Positions 41,089 to 53,699 of a DNA stretch of 64,000 nt are shown piece after piece. Location of the stretch: the NCBI RefSeq assembly GCF_009914755.1, contig NC_060931.1. One strand, given 5' to 3'. The DNA comes from the human T2T-CHM13v2.0 reference genome, Homo sapiens. The position numbers were made by a program, and so were the translations under genes. How positions within the stretch are numbered: position 1 is the stretch's first letter; each line of letters opens with the position of its first letter. The notes below the pieces were generated by a model. It was given only the letters and a program-made list of their open reading frames with translations. It was not told the origin of the DNA and made no database searches.

Positions 41089-42627
41089 AACCTCAGCATG
41101 CTCCCTAACCTTGTTTATGTCAACACAAGAAGCCCAGGACTCCCAGGTCAGCCCTCAGACCCCACACGGCTCTATGAGAGCAAACAACCACCTCCTCAAA
41201 CACACACACACGATCCTAATTACCCCTCCTGCACTGCATTTTGTTTTTTTTTTTTTTTTACTTAGCATTTATGATTATTTGATAATTCATAAGCTCTATT
41301 TACTTGTTTTTCCATCCTCTCCCAGAATAAAAGGTCTTTGAGAGCAGGAATTTTAGTTTGTTTTGTTCACTCTTCTATCTTCAGTGTTAGCACTTTGTAA
41401 GAGCTTAATAAACATTTGTTAAATCAATAAATCTCTAAGACCGTTTTTTGAAGTCTGAAAATGCCAGGATGAAAGGATGTCGGAGAAGTTTAAGAGAAGA
41501 GCCATCATTTGTGGCAGCCAGAACACTTGAAAAAGGGAAGGCTTGAATTCTAAAGATTTTCAGAACCGGCATGGATCAAGTGAAAGAACAATTAGCAGTG
41601 GGGTGTTCAGAGCAGACACAGGGCCAGACATAAGCAAAATAGCGTTCCTTCTGAAACAGGGAATAGAAATAACTTCACACCTACTATGTGCCAAGCACCG
41701 TGTCAACAAGCACTATTCAAGATGGAATTGTTATCCCCATATACAGATGAAGAAACTGAGGCAAAGAGGAGATAAGTAACTGCCCAAGATCCACAGTTAG
41801 TAAGGAGGAGAGCCACTTTTCAAACCTGAAGTTTACCCAGATCCAAAATCCACCTCCCTTCCTCTCACTGAGTCTGCCTGGCCCATCCATCCCAGGCATC
41901 AGGCCCCTTCCTCTGTGACCCCGACTGAATTCTTCAGTGCCTCCTTCTCCAAGTTCCAGATGACCCCGAGGATCAATTAGTTCCCATGCAGTGCTAACAA
42001 ATGCCACAGGCTCAGACCCTGGGTCCTGTCTTCCTCTCTAAATCAACACTTGCAGGAAAAAAGTATGGACCCAACTAGAAAGTACTTTTAATGATTAAGT
42101 TATTAAATAAACCCCAAAAAAGTACAGTGAAAGGGATTGGTAAGGGGGATAATTAGAATATAGCCTACTGGTATATCTGGTAAAGTTTTTATGATAATAA
42201 ATTAAAATATCATAAAGTTTTTATAATAAATAGGATATTGATTAGTCTTTTCTAAACCTCAGCATACTTTTTTTTTGGTTTTGAAACAGAGTCTCTGTCA
42301 CCCAGGCTGGAATGTAATAGCACGATCTTGGCTCACTGCAACCTCCACCTCCTGGGCTCAAGTGATCCTCCTGCCTCAGCCTCGGCATACTTTCTAACCT
42401 TGTTTATGTCACCACAAGAAACCCAAGGCTCCTGGGTCAGCCCTTATCCCCCACACGGCTCTATAAGCAGTAAGCAACCACCTCCCCAAACACACACACG
42501 CAATCCTTATCTTCCTTCCTGCCCTTTTGTAAAACTTAGCATTTATGATCATTTGACAAATCATATACTTTATTTACTTGTTTGTCCATCCTTTCCTGGA
42601 ATAAAAGGACTATTAGAGCTGGAATTT
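41089..42627 (+). repeat. Diverged direct duplication of about 260 bp (41089-41353 and 42255-42627)
   Basis: Shared collinear words ctaaccttgtttatgtca, cccacacggctctat, caaccacctcc, acttagcatttatgat and aataaaagg. Confidence 0.88.
42268..42383 (-). mobile_element. AluJ-like short 3' fragment
   Basis: PolyT plus part of the right arm; TSD cctc(a/g)gcatacttt at 42257-42270 and 42380-42393. Confidence 0.88.
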
Positions 42628-43215
42628 GTTTGGACAGAAAAAAAAAGTGTTTAAATAAAAGCAGAGAGAGAGAGACATGGTTTATAACAAAGTCTCATTA
42701 GGATGATGAAACACTTAAATAAATTTTTACTGGGGTCGTGATCCCTGGAAAAACTTTCAAAATAAGAACTCTGACATTCACACTGAATGACTCTTCCTTC
42801 CATCACCGAGACACTCTGATCCAGATCAGATGGCCTCACAGTTCCGGCCAACTGGGTGAATCCAGGGTTAAAAATGGCCACCTACTTTTCATGGGGCCCA
42901 CTCGACAGCTCAGTTGTTTGGAGGTATAGTGCTTGCAGAACCAAGGTCACAGGTAATGAGCGGGATTATTGTTCATCATTAAGCATTAAGTGTTATCTAT
43001 GAAATGATGTTGTTTAATGGTGCTATAGGCTTTTAGCAATAGAGTCATCAAGAAATATAAAATCCAGACTTTAGGTTTAGTGGGAGAAGAGGGAAAGGAA
43101 AGCTTAAAATTAGGATAGTTGTAAGAAAGATGCTTATTAAAGAAAGATGAATGGAGTTTCTCTGCTTCTAGTCCTAAAAGACACTAGTGTTACAGGTACC
43201 TGTTATTTTTCCACC

Positions 43216-43234
43216 TGCCCAGCAGGTGTCAGTG
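43216..43234 (+). promoter_or_regulatory. Candidate CTCF core motif
   Basis: tgCCCAGCAGGTGTCAGtg versus consensus CCASYAGRKGGCRS, one mismatch (GTC for GGC), in non-repeat DNA. Confidence 0.45.
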
Positions 43235-44314
43235 TAAGACAATGTTCCTAGAACTGACCAAGCTTTTTTAAAAATTGAGAGTTATCAAATTATAAAATAC
43301 AGAAGATACAATAAAGATGGGTTTGCAAAAATTTTCACATGAGCCTTTAAATGAGGGAAGGAGATGACCAAAAATAAGTTTCCAGAAAGGTAAGATGATC
43401 AGAGTTGGACTGGGGGGCCTCAGAAGGCCCCATCTGGCTCTCAGATTTCTTGTCAATTCAGCGGGAATTCCTGGAGCATCTCGGGGCTGCAGGAGGACTC
43501 AGCACTGTTGGAAGAGTTCGTTGCTGGTAACTAGCACAGTAACAAATGAACACTCCCAGGGAAAATGGTAGTATTCCACCAGGCATACTCTCTTAAAAAA
43601 CAGACACCGTCTCTGCTTCTCAGAGGCTTACAATAAGAACATAGAAATCCTGTAATTCATGAAAATATATTATTATAAGAACTAAAAAAGTGAATCAAGG
43701 AAAAAGAGATGGTCATCAATGGTTGCATGAATAATTTGCAGAATGCACTGAGTTAGTCAGGGTGAGCTTCCCGGAGGAGCTGGCCATTGAGCTGTGACGA
43801 AAGAGAACAGAGCCACAAATCCAGGGTTCCACCCTAGCTCCTGCCTTTCTGTTCTGCATTCAGTTTTTCTCCTCCAAATACAAATGTCCTATACACTGAT
43901 GAAGGGCAAGCAATACAGAAAAAGAAAATAAACACAACTTATTTTTTTAATTCACTATATAAAGGTTCCGTGGGTATTTTAAAGGGAAAATGGTGGGGGG
44001 CGGGGGCTCTTATCTATTGCGCATGTAACAAGACATACATTATGTCATACAAGTCTAACCAAAATCCTGAGATGTAAGTAGTATTGTTCTCATTTTTGCA
44101 TAAAGGATCCAAGGCTCCCAGAAGCCATAAACTTGCCCAAGATTATGATATCTAATATTTATGAGGGATTACTCCGCATACACAATAATCCTATGAAGTT
44201 ACTATTATTCCCATTTATTGGATGAAGACATTAAGCCTTACAAAAAATAAGTGATTGTCTCCCCAAAGCCACAGGCCTCAGGAGCCATTAAGATGAAATT
44301 CAAACTCATGTTTA

Positions 44315-44612
44315 GCAAGGTGGGTTCTCTGGGAACTCAGGTTGTAGGTGTTTGCTAGGAAGTGCCCTTAGGATTAGTACCTATGGAGAGAAGGGGAGGG
44401 TGGAAGGATTGGCCAGCACTGGGCCAAAGAGCCAGGCTTTTCTACACCTGTCTCCATCAGTCACTGGATATGGGCCTCACAGGAGGGAATGGCCTTGGGG
44501 AAGGCAGCTCTCTGCAACTGAGGTGGACCTGAAGGGTTGGTACCTGACAACTGTCTGCTGACAGCACTCCCAGAGCTAGAACAAGTCCTTCCTAGGAGGG
44601 GCATCTGGCATC
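44315..44612 (-). mobile_element. LTR33-like ERVL LTR relic
   Basis: gggttctctgggaactcag...gaagtgcccttaggattagtacctatgg...cagtcactggatatggg. Confidence 0.55.
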
Positions 44613-45669
44613 ACCACGTTCATTATGCCATGCCTGTGTCTTACTTTGTTCCAGTTAATCATGATCTCTGCTACACCATGCTGGGAGAAGGCCAGAAGGG
44701 AGGCAGTGGTAGTCTTTGATAGAGTTGGAGGGTGGGGCAGGGCTGGGGGTTGTGGAGTGGTGAGCCCAGACCCCAGACTTCCTGGGGAAATGAATACCAG
44801 GCTCTCATCCAAAGAGACATTTCATCAAATAACATCAAGTGGAAATAAACAAAGGGGTTGAGGCTGATTGCACTGGCTCCAAGTACTGTCAGCCATTAGA
44901 TGCTTGTTGTTCAGTTGATTGACAGCTTCCAGGTGGCCAAGTAAGGAAGGATGCAACAGTTGGCCCAGACCTCGTGCTGCTTAGTAACATCTGATCTCCT
45001 CCTGCTGTGTGCCGCTTTCTCACCCGGAGGCACCTGAGCTGCTCCATATGCCTGGTGTGCTAAGCGCTGGCCTTTCTGTGCTGTGCGGTCCTGCTCTAAG
45101 GTGAGGGTAGCCTTGAGAGGGCTGTTTGCCATTTGGAAATAGAGTCAGCTTGTGGCTCTCTCAAGAAGTGAGAACAGCAAAATTCAAGCCTGAGTGGTAA
45201 CCAGTTTCTCATACTTCTGCTTGAATTCAGAGAGCAGCTGACTTGACAGAAGGCAAAAAGCCGGCCAGCTTAGCTCACTCAGTGACAAGTGAGCACAGAG
45301 CAAAACTAACTTTCCATGGTTCAATTCCTCTCCAGTGTCACCCTGCTTGCACATGGAAGGGAGGCCTGAGAGGCTGCAGAATGGCCCTGGAGAAGGCAAG
45401 AGACATCATCTGGTTGGCCTGGAGTGCACGTCTGTGAGAGACTTTGGGGCAGTTCTCTCTTCTCTATGCTAGAGCCATTGATGCCCTGTGCACTTCATTG
45501 CCTTTGACCATCATTCCTTGCTCCTGGAATGCCACCTCCTCTTTGCCACAGTTAATAAAACCAGCTGAAGCCTCCGTTCAAACTCTCTTCCATGAAACTC
45601 TCCATCCGCATCACCACTCCGGTCAAAAGTACTGCAGTTTTTCTTCATTTGATACCTATCACTTAGCAA

Positions 45670-45845
45670 CAGGGGTTCCAGCATTTTAAATTGTGCGTAA
45701 GAATCTCCTGAAGTGTTTGATTAAAGGCAGATCTTATGGCTGTGGGCTCTAGCCATTCTGAGTCAGCAGGAATGGAGAGGGCTGGGAGTCTGGATTTTCA
45801 TTATCAGTCTTGGCCCTCCTGGTGAACTTGGTTTGAAAAAGGATA
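45670..45845 (+). mobile_element. MER5A-like MITE
   Basis: taagaatctcctg...ttaaaggcagat...ttctgagtcagcagg...tttgaaaa. Confidence 0.55.
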
Positions 45846-45952
45846 CTTAGAGAAGTACTGGCATTATGACTGTAAAACATTTCTTCTCTCCAAAAGAAGG
45901 GATGATACACTTGCTGTAGAGTCTGTTTCCTCCTCTGAAGTGCATGCAATAG

Positions 45953-46955
<1,003 letters not shown>

Positions 46956-48612
46956 TTTCCCCCCTCCCTTTTATAAGAGCACCCTTAGTCCTAAGGGTTG
47001 CTGAGGAATGAAGATCCACCTTCTGTAAGTTCTTCAGGCTGAACAGGGGTGACAATATTCCTGCCTAACTATTAGGGTCTCTTGTATTCTGGGTAGAGAG
47101 GAGCTCAGTCAGAAAGCATTGGTATATGGGCCATTCATAACTCCAAGTTCTGACAAAAGGTGATATCTGGAAGATTAATAAGTGTTCAGTTTAAGAAAAC
47201 ATTTAGTAAGCTTGTTCTGCATTTTTACATGCAACAGCAATATATTTCACAACAGTAAAGCAAAATAAGTAAAATTATTCCGAGTAAACTAAATTAGAGG
47301 GTTTTCCATGAACTGGGCAGCTGTTGGAACCAAGCTGATATGGAGTTGCTAGATGATTTCAGTACACACCCAGAATTAGAATATTGATTCAGATTTTTAC
47401 GATACCCATTCCTCTTGTTTCTTCTGAGCAGCAGTCAGAGATCACTGGTGGTTCACAGGGTTAGCCTAAATTATAGAAACAAACTTAAAAACAACTGATA
47501 AGACTAGAATCTAATAAGTGTACCATATTTCTTGAAACATAATATTTCTGTCTCTAGTTTCCCATTTTTATAAAAGACATATCATGGTAAGACTGATTTG
47601 CTTTATTATAGTTGGCCTGATTATTTGTATAAAGTACAGCAAGAGTAACTATTTTTCACATAAGCTCTTTTTAAATTGGCTTTGATGGGACTGTGTTCCA
47701 TAGAAGGAATCTTAGATAAGACTTGTTTTAAAGCTGAGCCCTGCCATGGCTTTGCACCCTCAAATACCTATGAGTTGAGTAAATTCCCTTCCTCTTGGGG
47801 TCCCAAGATAACTTGGTGCTTCTAGGCCTGTTAGAAAGTGACATTCTTTACTTACCACAGGTCTGAAACCTTATACAGGGACTGTTGCAGGCAAGGTGTG
47901 AGGCTTTTCCCTAAGGGGCTTTTATTGACTTTACAAGTCAAGTTTGATTCCTTAAAGGAAAGCACACCATTCCAGTCAAAGCCTTGGTAAAATAACCAAT
48001 TTCTCCAGTTGTGTTCTGTTGCAAAAGAAAACAGATTCTTATTGCATTTATGTAAATAACTTATTGTCATAAATTAAGAATACTCAGAAATAGTTTCCAA
48101 ATTCTGGAGAAATCAGGTAACCAGAAACAAATATGCTCCAAATTTTGTTCATAGGAATATACTTTACTCAATTGTTAAACACTGTAAATAGCTTAAAAGA
48201 AAAGTATTTCTTGACTCTGAAAAACAAAATGAAGGATCGGCAACATTTTAAGAAAAAAGTTAAAAAGATTACTTCAGTTTTTATTGGTTCAGTTAATTTA
48301 GTTAACTCCTGTTTTGCTTGATATTCATAAACATTTCAGCTCTCCATGAAAATCCTGAAAGTTTTTTTCCTCTATTCTAATGTCACAATCACCAAAGTTA
48401 TTAGAAACGTGCATTCAAGAGCACCTGTCAGAGTTCTATGGTTGATTATAAACCACCTTCTAAAGAAGATTAAAACAAGACAATTGTCTGCGGATGACAA
48501 AAAGTCCTAGGACAGCCACTATTTAAGCCACAATTGACTAGGAAATGTTGGTTACCTTTGTGTCACACAATGATTTTATTTAGCAATTGTAATTATTAAT
48601 AACCTACACTAA

Positions 48613-48916
<304 letters not shown>

Positions 48917-50127
48917 GGAGTTTTTAAAATAATTTTGGAACACATACCAATAGCATATTTATACAAATACAGCCCAAAGAAAGCCAAATGCTATTTTACA
49001 TTTGATAATGCTTTCTGTATGATTTTAATATACCAAGAAGCCCAATTTCACCTTTACATTAGTATACTATTAACGTTAAACTCAATTCTTAATAAAACCT
49101 TATAGCCGTATCTACCCAATTTTAATGTTTCACTATAAGGTAAGATTTTCATAAACCTTTTATAACCCTTTACAAATTTTTGTTAAAGAGCAGATTATAG
49201 GCAGGTTTTTTGCTCTTAAGAAAAACCTGTTGTGCTTTAATTCCAATGCTTGATTTACAGAAAAACTGTATAATACCCCTTTTACTTTAGCCAGTAAGTT
49301 TACACACAGAATTTCTTTTATAATTAATTTTTCATAAACATTTCACAACTTGCTTAAACCTTCAGCTTTATCTAACTTAAAACAATCCTTTAATCCTTTA
49401 ATCTGGGCAAGAAAAATACACATTCCCATGTGTTCTTATAATCTTTTACCAAAAACACATTCTACTTTCCTTACATGCCTTGCATGTAGAACTTTTTTTT
49501 AGTAGTCTAAGACACATGTTACTCTGTTAACTCTTAGTGACTTTTACTTTTGGTGAAAACCCTGGTTAGTAAGTGATTTTGATTATCTACTGGATGTGAA
49601 GGCTAGGACCCAGACAGAAATGTAGATAAGGTCTGACTCTTTCCAGCATTTAACTTCACGTGTCCTAGGACTTACTTAGAATCTAATGCTCCAAAATAAA
49701 CTGAACAATTTTTCAAAGTCAAAGAAGCAGATTATGACCATTAAGTATTTAACAAACTTAACATCTGACCTGCATAATTTAGACCAAATGTCTTTTTTAC
49801 CAATAATCTTTAAAACTATCTTTATTTCCCAAACATTACTAAAGTCACACGAACTAAAATGCATTACACTTTTTTACTTTTCTGACCAAATATTTAACTG
49901 AAGCTCTTATTTTTAAGCCAATCAGTTAAAGCTCTTTCATATACAGACATCACACGACACATATAAATAGACAGAAGAAGACAAAGAACTCATCTTCTAA
50001 GACAGGAATTGAATCCTGAACCCGGGCCACCGTTGTGATGGCAGAGACCAAGAGAAAGTACTGCCACATGCTTACAAGGTCAAGCTTCCAAGGACATGAC
50101 TGACCACAGGGAAACCTCATCCACTTT

Positions 50128-50162
50128 ACACACAAACACACACACACACACACACACACACA
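50128..50162. repeat. (CA)n microsatellite
   Basis: Seen directly. Confidence 0.95.
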
Positions 50163-51132
50163 GAGGCCAGAAGTCTGACTGGTAAGAAATTCTTACCCTC
50201 TTGCCAGCATGCCAGTCTTCTGGGTTCCCTTTCCCTGAGTGGCCCTAGTGATCCAGCTGGCTGCACCACAGCCCTGGGGGCCAAGATGCAACACAAAGGA
50301 CAAATTATCTCCTTCCATTCTGGCCAGAGTAAAATATATGTGACAAAATGTAGACATTAGCCACTCTGCTAGGCACCCAATATCAAACTGGCAAGCCTCA
50401 AACTTGCCCCCATCATCGTTAATCCAACTTCCAACCAGGAGTTTCAACATGTGGTCTCTGGGCAAGATGGTCACCCTGAGTAATAGAAAAGATAAGAAAT
50501 GGAAAGGAGAGAGAGAAAAGGATTGCCTGTGGCAGGGTGGGGAAGGCAAGCTGCTCAGGGAGGCCAGAGAAAGACGTGCCCATTGCAGCAACACTGAATC
50601 AAAAGTTCAAGTGGCCACTTGTTGGTCGCAAAGGAATCTGTTCCAGCAGTGCCATCAGCTCTCAAGTTTCCCCTTTTAGGGAGGAAAAATCTCCCCATGT
50701 TTCACGATCCTGTACATGCTTAACCTTGTCACCCACAGCCATCAGCAAAGAGTACAAAGCAGATTAATCCAAAGAATAGCAGTTAACATCCCATAGTGCC
50801 AAACCCATTCTTAGCCGAGAGGGACTTTACCAAGAGGGACTTTACTGAAAGGGGTCTCTAACTCCCTAAATCTTAGAAGGGACTCTAATTCTCCTAAGTC
50901 CGACCTTTAAACCAAGGTTGGTCAAGTGTCCTTGCCTTTTATTGAGAGGAGCCTTTAACCCTCTCTTAGAAGAGACTCTAACTCCCCTAAGTTGGGCCTC
51001 TAACCCAATCCCATTCTTTACCTGGGTACCCCGCAACTTACCCAAAGTCATCCAATCAGTGCTGCAGTCTGTTTCCTTTGGGTTGGGGTGGGGGTCTCCT
51101 AGGTGTTATCCCTTCAGGGTTTGTCAGAAAGA

Positions 51133-51826
51133 TATTACAAGACCACACCACTTACCCAGAGGTAGCCGTTGGGTTAGGGTTTCTGCACTATAGTCCCTTC
51201 TGTGGTCACCAGAAAGATGTTACAGGACCCCAACACTTACCAGGGGTTTCCTCACTACAGTCCCTCTGTGGTCGCCAGAAAGATGTTACCGGAAAGGGGT
51301 CCTGATCCAGACCCCACGTGAGGTCTCTTGGATCTCACTCAAGAAAGAATTCAGGGCAAGTCCATCGAGTAAAGGGAAAGCAAGTTTATTAGGAATAAAA
51401 GAATGGCTACTCCATAGACAGAGCACCCCCGAAGGCTGCTGGTTGCCCATTTTTATGGTTATTTCTTGATGATATGCTAAACAAGGGGTGGATTATTCAT
51501 GCCTTCTCTTTTTAGACCATATAGGGTAACTTCCTGACATTGCCATCGCATTTGTAAACTGTCATGGTGCTGGTAGACGTGTAGCAGTGAAGACAACCGA
51601 GGTCACTCTTGTCGTCATCTTGGTTTTGGTGGGTTTTGGCCGGCTTCTTGACTGCAATCTGTTTTATCAGCAAGGTCTTTATGACCTGTATCTTGTGCCG
51701 ACCTTTTATCTCATTCTGTGACTTAGAATGCCTTAAGAGTCTGGGAACACAGCCCAGAAGGCTTCAGCCTCATTTTACCCAGCTCCTATTCAAGACGGAG
51801 TTGCTCTGGTTCACACGTCTCTGACA
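51133..51826 (-). mobile_element. 5' LTR: MER41A-like core 51284-51826 plus 151-bp extension 51133-51283
   Basis: Minus strand tgtcagagacgtgtgaaccagagcaactcc...ccggtaaca, followed by tctttc-TGGCGACCAC PBS. Confidence 0.9.
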
Positions 51827-52619
51827 ATAGGATAGGGACCCTGTGCTACTCATGGCTATACTCCTCACTGTATCTAGCACAGTAATTTGCATACAGTAGG
51901 TGTTCAAGTGTTGTTTATTGGTCAGCTGAGAGACTTTCTGACCTTCTGATTTTTCTTTCCCTCTTCTAGATGATTTGAAGTATGTAGGAAAGCCCACCTC
52001 TCACTCCTACTGCACACATCTTCTGGCTATGCACCATCATGTTCCAAAATCTATACTTGCTGCTGTCGTCCTCCCCACCCCATTCTATCTGCTGTCTATG
52101 ACCCTCTGTAGCACAGCTGTTTAACTAGGAATTTTTGCATGATTTTTAATTCTCTATCTTATATTGTATTTTATTCTAATTTTTAAAATATACATGTTTA
52201 TTAGGCATATTTTAGGGGAAAAAACATTAAAAAGAAAACTTACCTGTAGTCTTCATTTCCTCTTTAAAGCACATTTTCACATATCCTGAAGGTGTCCCTC
52301 TTTCTGTGGGCTGTGTCAACGACTTTTTCTTTCCAGTGGATCTCTCTTTTCTGAAAAGCCTGGGCTATTACTACAGATTGAGAAGGGGATTTGAGGGAAA
52401 CAGAAAATCCAAAGGCTGTTTTTTAAGAACAAAACTTGTTCTGCTACTTACCCCAACCTATCAAAAATTAAACAAATATGAAACTAATAGTATAACTTTG
52501 ACCAAGCACAGTCATAGGGAACAGACATTTGGGCAACAGCATTCTAAGGAACTCAATGTCTTTTTCCTGGCTTTCAGAATCCACTTAGTACAACAAGTAG
52601 ATAATTAAGAAAATGTAGG

Positions 52620-52885
52620 GATAATAAACATAATAATGATAATAAAGCAGACATATATTACTTCCTCTATGCTGGGCACTGTTATAAACAGTTACATTCA
52701 TTGACTTTTTTAGCCTCACAACAGCCCTATGAGGTAGGTATTGCTATTGCTGCCATTTTACAAATGAGGAAAATGAATCACAGAGAGGTTAAGTAACTGG
52801 CCCCAGGTCACACAGCTATTATAATAAGTGGTGGAGTTGGGATTTGAACCTAATCAGGCTCCAGAGCCCATCTTCTCAACCACTA
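52620..52885 (-). mobile_element. MIR
   Basis: ccattttacaaatgaggaaaatgaatcacagagaggttaagtaactggccccaggtcacacagct. Confidence 0.9.
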
Positions 52886-53699
52886 ACTGCAAATTAACTA
52901 GCGTTGTGTGAACAATTATAACATTTTAGTCATGTAAAGACCTTAAGTATCACTGCACTTACGCCTTTGATCAAGGTCTCAAATATTCTGGAGTGTTTTC
53001 TTGGAAAATAAACCCACAGCTAAGCCTCAATCAGACATTTGTTTCACTCATAATTACCACGGTCCAGAGCTTTATCTGTCAAAGTGTATATGCAGCCAGA
53101 CTGAAAAGTGAGGATTTACTTTGAGAAAATACTTCTTTTACTCCTGGAGTTGGTTGTTCTCTCAAATTCATTTAGGCAACAAATTTGTTGAGCAACTACT
53201 ATGTGCCAGGTACTATTCTGGGTTCTTGGTCCAAAAGATCAGTGAACTGTGTTGTTTACCCACCATGGGAGAACCCAGCTTCTACTGGATCCATGGTTAT
53301 GAATGGACAAGAAAGGTAGTGATGAGTTGCATATTGATAGTCAAGAAAAATGCTATGTGACATATGAGCATGGCTCTAAAACTAGCACCCTATATAACTA
53401 ACTATGGGATATCTAAAGAACAAGAAACCCAAAGGCTATGAGGGTGGAGCAAGCCTTTTTTGTCTTACTGCCAATGAGAGGAGCCACAGATATTACCACT
53501 GCTACAGCTCATCATCCATCCAGAGCCTCTGTCTCCTGGCACCCTGAGTTGTGTGAGGTTGGGCCCTGATCCCATCTGCTGATTTGCTTAACCATCTCTT
53601 CCTTCTAGCACCACCACTTTCTAGCTTCAATACTCCTACAATAAATATGTTCTGAAATTCACCTGGGTATTAAATCCTGTCACTGAAATAGCTAAATAG

